From: Bdellovibrio sp.
GTDB lineage: Bacteria; Bdellovibrionota; Bdellovibrionia; Bdellovibrionales; Bdellovibrionaceae
Reading direction: 5' to 3'
DNA: 64,000 nucleotides
NCBI GenBank assembly: GCA_036676395.1
Contig: JAKFCY010000002.1
Location: 2,649,132-2,713,131, forward strand
Shown: positions 47,880 through 58,600 of the stretch, piece by piece
Numbering within the stretch: the stretch's first letter is position 1
Layout of the letters: each line of letters begins with the position of its first letter
Notes under the pieces: model-generated
What the model saw: the letters and a program-made list of their open reading frames with translations, nothing else
What the model was told of the DNA's origin: nothing
Database searches by the model: none
Program-made: the position numbers and the translations under genes

Positions 47880-49004
47880 TTATTTATTTGATGTTTGAGT
47901 GGTTTTTTCTTGAGGTAACAATTGCGCTGCTTCGCAATTAAAACCAGGAGCTAAATAACTGTCTCTGATCTCGTCGTCTTTTCCGGCAGGGTTTCTAAAA
48001 CCCCCTAAAAGGTCAGAACCTAAATCTTTAGCTTGCGCTTGCAAACAGCGATTAAAGCCATCAATAGATGTTACACTTACTTCATCGCCATCAAGTTTAA
48101 AGGTCATGTATAGATACGTAAGATCAGGTTGACCCATGGTTTTACGGGCGAATTCACCTTCTGAGTCGACTTTTACGCCGGCTTTAATTTCGTTGTCATT
48201 GACTAAGCCAAACATTTGAATCAGCTCTGCCTGACGTGAATTTTGATTAATTTTTTTAAGCCATAAATTTAAATAGCCCATGTTTTTTGAACTGACTTCA
48301 GTGGCCATTTTATTTAAGGCCAGCGCCATAATGTATTGGCCTTTGCTGTTTTTTTCAAAAGACTGCTCGTGACCGAATTTAAAAATTGTTCCGCGTTCAG
48401 CTAAATACATTAAAAAATCATTCGCAAATTGAAAGCGTTCAACACGGGCGCGGTCTGGCGAATCAGTTAATAATTTGGCGAAAGCCTCTGTCGTCGGAAA
48501 TTCAAAATTGGTTTTAATAATGTCTTTACCGATGGATTCAGCTAAACGCCCTTCGCACGGGATTTGTGTTTTATATGAAACTTTACCGCGAACTTCGGTC
48601 ATCACGTATTGAATAGACAGCACAGAGGCTCCGTCTAAGTCTTTTTGCATTTGCACTTGCGCCTGATCGCCTTTTTTAATTTCTAACACGTGAAAACGCG
48701 AAAACCATTCAGGGTGATAGCGCATATAATTTAAATACACTGATAATTTTTCAGACCAGAACGGATCTTCAAAACTACGACATTTAATATCAACTTCAGT
48801 TTTTTCTAAATCAGTTAAAGCTTCGGGTGAAATCACGAATAAATTATTGTTCTGTGCCGCCATCATCAAAGATTGCTGAAGGTCAGTGTTTTTATACACT
48901 TCACCTGCCGTGGCCGGTAAACGCAGATCTTGCGACACACAACCATAGATAGAAATAAAAGAGCCTAGGATTAAATTAAATAATAAAATTCTTTTCTGGG
49001 TCAT
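47880..49004 (-). CDS. Hypothetical lipoprotein
   Basis: Lipobox IYGC; 374 aa; no family recognised. Confidence 0.7.
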   Translation of the reverse strand: MTQKRILLFNLILGSFISIYGCVSQDLRLPATAGEVYKNTDLQQSLMMAAQNNNLFVISPEALTDLEKTEVDIKCRSFEDPFWSEKLSVYLNYMRYHPEWFSRFHVLEIKKGDQAQVQMQKDLDGASVLSIQYVMTEVRGKVSYKTQIPCEGRLAESIGKDIIKTNFEFPTTEAFAKLLTDSPDRARVERFQFANDFLMYLAERGTIFKFGHEQSFEKNSKGQYIMALALNKMATEVSSKNMGYLNLWLKKINQNSRQAELIQMFGLVNDNEIKAGVKVDSEGEFARKTMGQPDLTYLYMTFKLDGDEVSVTSIDGFNRCLQAQAKDLGSDLLGGFRNPAGKDDEIRDSYLAPGFNCEAAQLLPQEKTTQTSNK

Positions 49005-49135
49005 CCATTTATTATACGTGTTTTTTTGATTTTTTCAGGTCCAAATCTATTGGCCTAAAGATCGCTAGACTATTGCCTACAAGCTTTTTCATTTTTTACT
49101 AGGTGAAGGTGTTTTGATCATTAGGGGGGATTTAA

Positions 49136-50422
49136 ATGGTCTGGGGTAATATTGCGCGACAATTCAGCCGCTTTTTTGTGCTAGACGAAAGTGCGATGCA
49201 CACAGCATCTGCTGTGTTTTGGCCAACTTTTGTATGCTTATTCTTACTTTTTTTCACTGTAAGGTCTTATTCGTTAGAGACTGAAACTTTACCAAAAAAT
49301 ATTTCTACTTCGTCGATAAAAATGGGCTATATCGCTGGCCTTGATCAGCGTTATCAAGAAGATGGCGATCTTGTTAAACTTAAAGACTATAAGTCGATTG
49401 AATTTGACGCGCCAACGTTAGCTAAATTCAATCCGCAGGCGGCAACGCTAGTGCAAACACTCAACCGCTTTGGTCTTTATAATGCCGGCGATTTATTTAA
49501 TCTTGGAACTTTAGAATTTGAAACTAAACCTACAATTAAATATGTGGCCCCGGTTTATGCTTATGGCCTTCGCGATAACTGGACAGTGGGAATCGGGATT
49601 CCTGTGATTCAGTATTCAAATGAAGTTGCGATGAAACAGTCATTATCGAATGTTGAATACTATAATCAGTTTCGTGGATTATCTGCTGATTTAGATGCAG
49701 CACTTGATACCGATTTGCGTGCGGCTACGCAAAGTACGTTAGCGCAAAAAGGTTATATGCCGATTGAAAACCGCTCTGAAAATTTCGTTGGCGATATTCA
49801 ATTAGTGAGCGTTTATAAAATGTATGACAGCGGCGAATCTAAACTTATTCACCAAGCGACTTTAACTTTACCTACAGGCCCTGAATATAATGCGGATGAT
49901 TTATTGGCATTAAATACTTTTCATAAAACCAGTTTAGAAAATACTTTTGGTTATAGTAAAATTGTTGGTTCTTTTTTAACAGCAAGCCCGTATGTGAATT
50001 TTCGTTATGTCATGCCTGAAGAAATCACGGTGCGGGTTCCGAAAAATTCTGAAGATGTGCTTCCAGGTCAGGAATCTAAAGACAAAGTGACGTTAGAAGA
50101 AGGTTTCACGACTGAAGTTGGAACACAACTTGATTTTGACTTAACCCAGGATTTCAAAATCGGTGCTGATTATAAATATGGGCAAAAGAATGTGGATAAG
50201 TACTCTGCATCAAGCAAAGGTGATACTTCGGCTTTAGCCAGAAACTCAAAAGCGATGTGGCATAAAGTTAGCCTTAGCTTCAGCTATTCGACAGTTAAGT
50301 CTTATCTTAAAAAACAAAGTTTATTACCAATGAGTTTGTCTTTCATGGCTTACGACACGGTTATCGGTAAAAACGTAGAACGCCGCACGGGCCAAGAACT
50401 TACTTTATCTTTATTTTTCTAA
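49136..50422 (+). CDS. Probable outer-membrane beta-barrel protein
   Basis: Signal peptide, alternating amphipathic strands, YAYGLRDNWTVGIGIP, LTLPTG, C-terminal Phe. True start may be 49196. Confidence 0.6.
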   Translation: MVWGNIARQFSRFFVLDESAMHTASAVFWPTFVCLFLLFFTVRSYSLETETLPKNISTSSIKMGYIAGLDQRYQEDGDLVKLKDYKSIEFDAPTLAKFNPQAATLVQTLNRFGLYNAGDLFNLGTLEFETKPTIKYVAPVYAYGLRDNWTVGIGIPVIQYSNEVAMKQSLSNVEYYNQFRGLSADLDAALDTDLRAATQSTLAQKGYMPIENRSENFVGDIQLVSVYKMYDSGESKLIHQATLTLPTGPEYNADDLLALNTFHKTSLENTFGYSKIVGSFLTASPYVNFRYVMPEEITVRVPKNSEDVLPGQESKDKVTLEEGFTTEVGTQLDFDLTQDFKIGADYKYGQKNVDKYSASSKGDTSALARNSKAMWHKVSLSFSYSTVKSYLKKQSLLPMSLSFMAYDTVIGKNVERRTGQELTLSLFF

Positions 50423-50435
50423 TTGAGGGGTTGAT

Positions 50436-52835
50436 ATGAAAAAAAACTTTTTAAACTTTATTGTGATCTCGTTTGTGGTGACGGCTTATTTATTATCTTG
50501 TGCTCCGAAAGCTCAGGAAGCTGAACGCAAAACACCTGATGTACCGATGGTTGTAACAAATGATGTGAACCTGATTCAGTTACACAAAAAACCTTTTGCT
50601 GATTTTTTGCATAGTGAAAAATACTTAGCTAAAACTTCGGTTGATTTAAAATCTGAGGCTATGTACTTAATGAAAATCGGCAATGCAATGGGCGATGAAA
50701 TCGCCGTCGATACAGCCAAAGGCATTTTTCGCCAGTCAGAGAAAAAAACAGTCTCTAATAAATTAGATCTGGTCGATAGCCAATATTTAGTTTTAATTGA
50801 ACAGCAAAGTGATGCAGCCTTGTCTTCGGGCTTAAATGAAACTGAACAAACAGTTTTGTCTGACACTGATCGTATTAACGCGATCATCGATCACAACAGT
50901 GGCCCGACAATGCAGGTGACTTCGGCTACGGCTTTTGCGCTTCAGTTATCGATTGCAGACCAGATGATTGCCAACGTTCTTCACCAAATCGAAAATACAG
51001 AATTATTTCCTGAATTAAAAACTCAGGTGTTAGCTGAATTATCAGTGCAAACTAACGAACAGCTCGCGGCTCCGAAAGGGCTTTCTGTGCAGTTAGCAAC
51101 CGCCACCAAACTTTCTGATGCTGTAGCGATTCTTAAAAATTATGTAACAGTCAATCAGACGGTTTTAACTCCTGAAGATCAATATGATTTAGCGAATGCT
51201 GAACACTTAGGTTTATTAACTAACCGTATTCACGACGGTGAATCTGCTCTGGCTGCGCTAGCTATGGCGTGGTCGATGTTAGATGCTGAAGAACGTAAAA
51301 TGCATTTTCTTTCTGCGAATAAAGAACTCTATGATTTTTTAAAGAAAAAAGACGATAAAGAAATTGCCTGCCTAATCAGAGAAAAAAGCTGCGGTTTTTT
51401 CAAAAAAATTGTTCTTAAAGTTGGTGTTTACCCGGCACTTAAAGATTACGGCCTTGGCAATATTCAAAACGATTTAAATGCCGGCGGCATTGCCGGAGTT
51501 ACCGCAGTTGTGCAAACACAATGTGCTTTGCAGATTACGACGTTAGGTACCCAGATTAAAGAAAAAATCAAAGTTAGCATTACCGAAAAGCTTACGGGAC
51601 TTCATGAATTTAAATTAAAATTTAAAAATATCATTGGCGAAGGTTTAGCTCAAGAGTTTGGTACGAACCAATTAGATCTCTTTGAAAATAATGATTTTGA
51701 ACATATGTTTAAAATGGCTTACAACCAGGCTGAAAACTTATCGGCTAAAAGTTTAGATACACAATTTATCTTAGTTGAAAAAATGCTTCAGTTTATGAAA
51801 CGTGGTACGCCGCTGACTTCGGCTCCGCAAAGTGAAGATATCAAAACTGTACTTAAAGCTAACGAACCACGCTTTTATGTTCACCCGACTTTAAATGATC
51901 ACGGTGCTATTGTTACCCGCGCCAAAGATCAGGCTTGGTCTTTGATGTTCTATTCGAAAATGATTCAGCAATTAGCTGACTGGAAGACGACGGCTTATGA
52001 TACCGGTGTTACAAAATTTGTAGCGCAAGATTTTATTACTGAGTTTCAGTCTGAAGAATTAAAGAAACAGCTTTTTCCGAAAGCTGAACTTGTCGGTATG
52101 GCATTATCGCTGGCGGCGCAGACTTTGAAACAGATGTACACCGAGAAGTCTCCGATCTATTTATTAGATAAAAACAATAATCGTGTTTCGATTCAGAATT
52201 ACCTAGAAGAAAATTTTGATTCGACAACGAACATTGTGGTTCATGCGGCGGTTTCTGATTTACAGAACGGTGTTCTGATCGATAACGCTAAACTTTCTGA
52301 TATTTGCCTGATGATTGAAGCGATGGATTTATTTTACAAAGCCACGGAAGGCATTGAAAAATCAGCTTCTGAAAGTTTAAAAGACCCTGCTTTACGCACT
52401 GAAGTTTTAAATGCGCGCAAACAGATTCGTCTTGTGATTATGACCTTAGGTAATTTTATTTCTAATCAGTTAGTCGATAAAGATAAGAATTTGTACACTG
52501 AGATGAATTTTCAGACTGAAGATAAAGTGCAGGCTACGACTTCGACCGAGTATGCACATGCGATTGAAGCTTTGTTAAAAGCTTATGATTTAACTGGAAT
52601 TGATATTTATAAATTTGCTGCGGTTGAGATGTATTATACTTTGAATCGTAAGTTTTATTCTCCGTCGCTTAAGTTTTACCGTGATTCTACGGCGCAAACG
52701 CAAAGCACTGTGCAACGCCAGCAGGTGCTTGAGGTGCTGTCTTCGGTGCTTGGAATTCGGAAGCATTTGGGGATTACTAGTCAGATTCAGTTTGATCGTA
52801 TTTTTGAGAATTGGTATGCGAGCATTTTGATGTGA
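50436..52835 (+). CDS. Large helical lipoprotein
   Basis: Lipobox LLSC; 13 bp after the barrel gene; GAGGGG RBS. Confidence 0.7.
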   Translation: MKKNFLNFIVISFVVTAYLLSCAPKAQEAERKTPDVPMVVTNDVNLIQLHKKPFADFLHSEKYLAKTSVDLKSEAMYLMKIGNAMGDEIAVDTAKGIFRQSEKKTVSNKLDLVDSQYLVLIEQQSDAALSSGLNETEQTVLSDTDRINAIIDHNSGPTMQVTSATAFALQLSIADQMIANVLHQIENTELFPELKTQVLAELSVQTNEQLAAPKGLSVQLATATKLSDAVAILKNYVTVNQTVLTPEDQYDLANAEHLGLLTNRIHDGESALAALAMAWSMLDAEERKMHFLSANKELYDFLKKKDDKEIACLIREKSCGFFKKIVLKVGVYPALKDYGLGNIQNDLNAGGIAGVTAVVQTQCALQITTLGTQIKEKIKVSITEKLTGLHEFKLKFKNIIGEGLAQEFGTNQLDLFENNDFEHMFKMAYNQAENLSAKSLDTQFILVEKMLQFMKRGTPLTSAPQSEDIKTVLKANEPRFYVHPTLNDHGAIVTRAKDQAWSLMFYSKMIQQLADWKTTAYDTGVTKFVAQDFITEFQSEELKKQLFPKAELVGMALSLAAQTLKQMYTEKSPIYLLDKNNNRVSIQNYLEENFDSTTNIVVHAAVSDLQNGVLIDNAKLSDICLMIEAMDLFYKATEGIEKSASESLKDPALRTEVLNARKQIRLVIMTLGNFISNQLVDKDKNLYTEMNFQTEDKVQATTSTEYAHAIEALLKAYDLTGIDIYKFAAVEMYYTLNRKFYSPSLKFYRDSTAQTQSTVQRQQVLEVLSSVLGIRKHLGITSQIQFDRIFENWYASILM

Positions 52836-52845
52836 TTAGATGTAG

Positions 52846-53253
52846 TTAGATACAGCAGACTAAGCGGTAAGCGACGCGAACTTCACTTAAGAAAAGATCA
52901 TTGCAAGCAGCATCACTCGTGACAGTTTTCTTGGTGTATTGCTCAACTTCACCACCGCACCCTGAAGGCTGACCGATTGCAACTGATCCTGGCGGACAAG
53001 TTACTGCAGCTTTTTGAGTATGAGTGCAAGTATAGACTTTGCTTGTAGCATCGTAACTATGACTCCAGTTACCAGTGCAGACACCTTGTACAACTAAAGC
53101 CTTGGGTTTGTCGGCAGGGCAAAGACCTGGATCGACTTTTTCCAGTTCGGTTTCTTCAATTAAACCAGGAATTACGCTAGCCACATAATCAGAAACTTTA
53201 GAGCAACCTACAGTTAGAAATAAAGCTAGTAGAAATACCGTGAACTTTATCAT
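52846..53253 (-). CDS. Small Cys-rich lipoprotein
   Basis: MIKFTVFLLALFLTVGC lipobox from ATG 53253 (ATGA overlap with the upstream ORF); 8 further Cys; ends VCCI. Confidence 0.7.
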   Translation of the reverse strand: MIKFTVFLLALFLTVGCSKVSDYVASVIPGLIEETELEKVDPGLCPADKPKALVVQGVCTGNWSHSYDATSKVYTCTHTQKAAVTCPPGSVAIGQPSGCGGEVEQYTKKTVTSDAACNDLFLSEVRVAYRLVCCI

Positions 53254-53462
53254 CTTGGCGACCTGACTAAACTTGGTCCGCACAACGGCCCCGTTGATAA
53301 TGGAGCTGAAGATAATGATAAATGTTGTTGGAATTCGATGACGACTTCTGGTTCAATTCTTGGCGCTAAATCAGACGATACAAGCTCTTCAGTATGCCCT
53401 TTAAAGACAAAACCTAAAATCGAAAGTTGCCCTATGATTTTTAAGAACTGGCGTCTAATCAT
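53250..53462 (-). CDS. 70-aa protein with a twin-arginine-like N-terminus
   Basis: MIRRQFLKIIGQLSILGF; fills the gap between coupled genes exactly. Confidence 0.55.
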   Translation of the reverse strand: MIRRQFLKIIGQLSILGFVFKGHTEELVSSDLAPRIEPEVVIEFQQHLSLSSAPLSTGPLCGPSLVRSPR

Positions 53463-53463
53463 G

Positions 53464-53772
53464 TTATTCGCCCTTCAACGCGTTGATACGTCTATTGTAG
53501 GCTTCAATGAATTCAGGTGGAAATTCTTTAATCTTATGGGTTTTAACAATACGGTCTAAGAAGAATTCCATTTTAAAATCTGCTGAAACGGCAAATTTTT
53601 TAAAATCAACATCTGTGCTGTTATCAATGATTGGCAACCAACCGGTACTAACGACAGACATTTGCGCCACTTCATTGTTTTTCAATTCTTTAGAGAAAAA
53701 GTTTTCAGGAAGTACCGCTGGCCCCTGAACGATTTTTCCGTCTTCTACGCGCGCGTGCATTTTAACTTTCAT
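53464..53772 (-). CDS. Hypothetical protein resembling phage tail-fibre accessory/assembly proteins
   Basis: HARVEDGKIVQGP..LP...GWLP pattern recalled from small proteins downstream of phage fibres; TAATG coupling. Confidence 0.5.
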   Translation of the reverse strand: MKVKMHARVEDGKIVQGPAVLPENFFSKELKNNEVAQMSVVSTGWLPIIDNSTDVDFKKFAVSADFKMEFFLDRIVKTHKIKEFPPEFIEAYNRRINALKGE

Positions 53773-54161
53773 TATAATGCTCCGTTCGCAAACATGGCCT
53801 GGCTTAAATGGTAATGAGGATCATCTGCAAAAGTTTTAACAAATTCATCAAAGAATATTTTTTTTCTGAAATCATTCCAGCGCAAAGCATACATCACTAA
53901 AACCTGAGCTATTTCAGGATCTGCCGTTAATTGCCGGATCCACATCTCTATGATATCCTGCGGAACAACATCTTGTAATTTATTAACTATAAAAATAAGT
54001 TCGGTGTTTCCTAATTTTGCGCCCTCACGAACTATTTTGTGAAATTCTTCTGAGTCTTTATCCGCGTATTTGTTCAGTAATAATACTGTAGAACAATCCA
54101 AATCAATTTGGAATCCGCGGTCTTGAGCCAATTTTAAATATTCTAAAGACTTCATAAGCAC
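53772..54161 (-). CDS. Hypothetical protein
   Basis: 129-aa ORF within the operon, coupled to its neighbours. Confidence 0.6.
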   Translation of the reverse strand: MLMKSLEYLKLAQDRGFQIDLDCSTVLLLNKYADKDSEEFHKIVREGAKLGNTELIFIVNKLQDVVPQDIIEMWIRQLTADPEIAQVLVMYALRWNDFRKKIFFDEFVKTFADDPHYHLSQAMFANGAL

Positions 54162-54168
54162 ATCATAT

Positions 54169-54822
54169 TTAATAAGTTATTGTTATCCGGCCAACAGCTC
54201 CATTTTTTGGAGCATTATTATTGATTGAACCTCCGCCGGCACCGCCGCCTGGCGCTGTTCCAGCACTTCCGGCATTTTTATTTCCATTACCGCCATTACC
54301 ACCGTTACCGCCCGTACCTGCGCCTGTTGGTCCGGCGGCATCACCGCCGTTACCACCATTTGTTGACTGCCCTGGTATTCCATTATTTCCGTTTACGTTA
54401 CACAAAGCTGGATCACCGTAATTACCTGAAGTTGCAATACCACCGACACCAGCAGTAGCGTTTTGTGATCCCGTTCCACCTGGTGCAGAACCACCATTAA
54501 ACGAAGTTGTTCCGCCAGTTCCAGCTAATCCGCCATCGACACCAGTCATGACGCCAGCTGCACCCACCGTATAAGCATAACCGACTCCGGGAACTACATA
54601 TGATACGTATCTACAAAAAGATCCGCCGCCTGCGCCGCCGACACCAGTAGTACTGCTTGCGCCAGCGCCTCCTCCGGCGCCCCACATTTGGGCTTGAACC
54701 ATCCAGATATTTGAAGTGGCTGCCGGAGTATAGGTTCCACTTGCAGCTGCATTAGTTACAGTAGTAGATCTGGTACCTTGTTTGTATTTGTTGCAGCACA
54801 TACGCGCGCGCATTGCCATCAT
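54169..54822 (-). CDS. Glycine-rich phage-tail-tip-like protein
   Basis: MWGAGGGAG, GGAGGGSF, YTVGAAG, GGTTSF, APGGGAGGG and GAVGRITITY motifs, typical of Gly-rich domains at phage fibre ends. Confidence 0.7.
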   Translation of the reverse strand: MMAMRARMCCNKYKQGTRSTTVTNAAASGTYTPAATSNIWMVQAQMWGAGGGAGASSTTGVGGAGGGSFCRYVSYVVPGVGYAYTVGAAGVMTGVDGGLAGTGGTTSFNGGSAPGGTGSQNATAGVGGIATSGNYGDPALCNVNGNNGIPGQSTNGGNGGDAAGPTGAGTGGNGGNGGNGNKNAGSAGTAPGGGAGGGSINNNAPKNGAVGRITITY

Positions 54823-54833
54823 AAATAATTCAC

Positions 54834-55499
54834 CTATCTACTATCGGCGCTGGCAAGCATGCCATGCCAAGTTGTACCGTTATCAACAGTCATGAAAGTT
54901 AAAATATCTACACCCGAATTTATAAGAGTCGGAACAATTGCATACGACCATTTAACAGAAGCAGGCCAATTGTTTGCGCCTGTACCTGTACCACCGTTTG
55001 TAAGAATTAAAGTAAATGAAACTGCACGATTTGCAGTAGAATTAACATTGGTGAAAGACCAAGTCGTCGCGGCATTTTTTGTTGCTGTAAAAACATTTCC
55101 TAATGACAAATCAAGTGCTCTTGCACCACCACCAACACCCAAAGCCGTTACGACTTCAGAATAATTCAACATGGCTGGTTGCTGCAAGTTTTGTCCGCGC
55201 CAGTTTGTAAAACGATCTGCGGGGGCAGTATTGAACACATATTTTGTGCCGACGCCGAAGTTCACTAATGCATTGGCATTCGAGCTGGCTAAAACTGTAT
55301 TTCTGACAAGCGTTGTTGCCGCCGACATATAACCGATACCAGTTTCCCAGTTCGCGTCATGGCTGATTACGTAGTAAAAAAGATTCGCGACACCAGTACT
55401 GAATGCTGTACTAAACGTTACATAACCCGTCACTGAGGCTGTAGTTAAATTTCCTGTACCTGTGGTTACTGTGGATTCCTGGACTCTATCTCTTAACAT
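54834..55499 (-). CDS. Short phage-tail-fibre-like protein
   Basis: N-terminus RDRVQESTVTTGTG...WETGIG...LVRNTVLASSN...VNFGVGTKYVF; C-terminus LDLSLGNVF...SFTLILT..WPASVKW..PTL..GVDILTF..DNGTTW; GAGG RBS. Confidence 0.7.
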   Translation of the reverse strand: MLRDRVQESTVTTGTGNLTTASVTGYVTFSTAFSTGVANLFYYVISHDANWETGIGYMSAATTLVRNTVLASSNANALVNFGVGTKYVFNTAPADRFTNWRGQNLQQPAMLNYSEVVTALGVGGGARALDLSLGNVFTATKNAATTWSFTNVNSTANRAVSFTLILTNGGTGTGANNWPASVKWSYAIVPTLINSGVDILTFMTVDNGTTWHGMLASADSR

Positions 55500-55602
55500 A
55501 GCAATACACCTCTACGAAATTCTGAACCAGAAGCATCGAGTTATGCAAAATCAGGATGAGATCTGAAAACTGAACTAGCCTATGGTCTAGATACGAAAAA
55601 TA

Positions 55603-58600
55603 CTAGCGACAGCATACATACTGACCATTTGGTGAAGCATTTATTCCTTTAAGAATTCTTACTCCTGATCCACCCGATGTCCAACACACAACACTCATCT
55701 CAGTTGCTGGGCCTTGCAATCCACCACCGGCAATTTTTGTAAAGTATTGGTTAGTCATTAAGTCAGTAGCAAGTCCGCCAATGTTCGCATCTTGGGCTTT
55801 AGCTCTGACGATTTCACTTAAACTGCAAAGATGTTTTTGCTGTAATTCACACGCCGTGATCGCCGAAGTCGCCACATCTTCTTGCGTGTAATCTAATAAA
55901 TTCGCAGCAGCGTTCGCATTTGTGTCGATACAGAATGTTTTGTGACCAGTAGCTGAACTACCTGTGACTAGTGTCATACCCGCAGGGCAATTCGCACCGA
56001 TCGCCGATGGATCAATCCAACTTGTTGTACCAGCGCCATCTGTTTGAAGAAGCATTCCTAAAGCACCCGATGAAGCTGGTAAAGTTAAATTATAAGTTGC
56101 TGTAGTCGCCGGAGCACGAACCGTGATTTCTCCTGAAATTGAACCTCTGAAAACACCTGTCAATTGACTGATCGCTCCTGCAATGAAACCACCAGAACCG
56201 TCACGTTTAACAATCGTACTTGCTGTATTTGCAGAAGTTGCAGCAATTGTATCACTTACGCTTTGTGAAATTTGTACCGCAGTTTTACCACCCACAGTCG
56301 CTACTGTGTTTGTTGCAATATTACCTGTTACATCACCAGCCATTGTCGGGATGTCTGAAGCAACGATTGATGTTCCGCTTGTAATGCGTCCGTAAATATC
56401 TACCGTTACTTTCGTGTATGTCGCTGCTGTCACACCTGTTGTTGCTAAACCTACAACCGGAGACGAAGTTGTTCCAGTAATTGCGATTTGACCAACTACA
56501 CCTGATACGGCTGTAACTTTATCGACGAATGATTGGTACTGCGTATTTGTAATCGCACCTTGTGTAACGCCCGTAGTTGCTGCCATCGGGAAATTAAATG
56601 TATGCACGCCATTCGCCGTCGACACAACAAACGAAGTGCCTGCTGAACCAGTCGCGAAAAGTTGCGTCGATGACACAGAACCATTCAATGAAGTCACTGC
56701 ACTGTAATTTGAAACTAATGTTTTCCAAATTCCAATACCAGCGTCGTAATATTCTAACGCTTTATTGGTCGTATTGTAAATTTGTAGACCATCTCTTGTT
56801 GCATCTACAGTGATCGTATCACGCTGTACAGTAGTCATTCGCGGAATCAAAATACCTTTAGTTGTTGAAACAATATCCAACATCGCTGAAGCGTTGTTCA
56901 CTGTAGTACCTAAACCAATTGTATTTGAAACAACTAATGACGGAGTCGTTAATAAACCAGTCATTGTATCTCCAGTAAGATTAACCGGAGTAAAACCTAA
57001 AGCTGAAGTCACATTTGAATTTGTTAATGAAATTTGCCCAGCACCATTTACAGTAATGTTACTTCCGATTGAAACAACACCAATATTAGTTGCATCTGCT
57101 ACGCGAAGAGTTTGCGATGAAACTGAAGTTAATCGACCGAAAGCATCTACTGTAATAATCGGAATCGTGAACGATGTACCGTAAGTCGCTGCAGTAACGC
57201 CACTATTTGCCAATCCGACTACTGGCGATGAAGTTGTTCCAGTAATCGCGATTTGACCAATTACACCTGATACCGTTGTAACTTTATCAACAAACGTTTG
57301 GTACTGAGTATTTGTAATTGCACCTTGAGTAACGCCCGTAGTTGCTGCCATCGGGATATTAAATGTGTGCACGCCATTCGCCGTCGATACAACAAACGAA
57401 GTGCCTGCTGAACCTGTTGCGAAAAGTTGCGTCGATGACACAGAACCATTCAATGAAGTAATTGCACTGTAATTTGAAACTAATGTTTTCCAAATTCCAA
57501 TACCACCATCGTAGTACTCAACCGCTTTATTATCAGTGTTGTAAATTTGTAGACCGTCTCTTGTTGCATCAACTGCAACTGTATTACGTTGAGCGGTAGT
57601 CATACGTGGAATCAAAATACCTTTTGTAACTGAAACGATATCTAACATCGCTGAAGCATTGATAGCTGCTGTTCCCAAACCAATTGTATTTGAAACAACT
57701 AATGAAGGAGTCGTCAATAAACCAGTCATTGTATCTCCAGCTAGATTAACCGGAGTAAAACCTAAAGCTGAAGTTACATTTGAATTCGTTAATGAAATTT
57801 GCCCAGCACCATTGACTGTAATGTTGCTTCCGATTGAAACAACACCTGTGTTTGTGGCATCTGCCACGCGTAAAGTTTGTGATGAAACTGAAGTTAAGCG
57901 ACCGAAAGCATCTACTGTAATAATCGGAATCGTGAATGATGTACCGTAAGTCGCAGCTGCAACTCCTGTTGTTGCTAAACCTACTACTGGCGAAGAAGTT
58001 GTTCCAGTAATCGCGATCTGACCAACTACGCCTGATACAGTCGTAACTTTGTCTACAAATGATTGGTATTGCGTATTCGTGATCGCACCTTGAGCAACAC
58101 CCACAGTTGAAGCCATCGGGATATTAAATGTATGGTTACCGTTCGCAGTTACAACATTAAACGAAGTACCCGCTGAACCTGTTGTGAAAGTTTGCGTTGA
58201 AGATGTCGAACCATTAATTGAAGTCACCGCACTGTAATCAGTTGCGATCGATTTCCATGCTGAAGCTGTCGTATCGTAGTACTGGAAAGCACCGATATCA
58301 GTATTGTAAATTTGAATACCATTTGAAGTCGTAACACTTCCACGCTGAGCTGTCGTCATGCGAGGAATTAAAATACCTTTATCAATTGATGAGATTTCAA
58401 AAATTGCACCGGCAGTTATCGAAGCCGTACCGATACCCACTGTATTAGATACCACTAATGATGGAGTCGTTAATAAACCAGTCATTGTATCACCAGCTCT
58501 GTTAACCGGAACATAACCTAAAGCTGAAGTCACATTTGAATTTGTTAATGAAATCTCGCCAGCACCATTTACCGTAATGTTACTTCCTATTGAAACAACG

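Noticed and set aside
55603..56000. Diversity-generating retroelement acting on the fibre tip
   Set aside because: No reverse transcriptase and no template-repeat copy in this window; cannot be excluded elsewhere in the genome.
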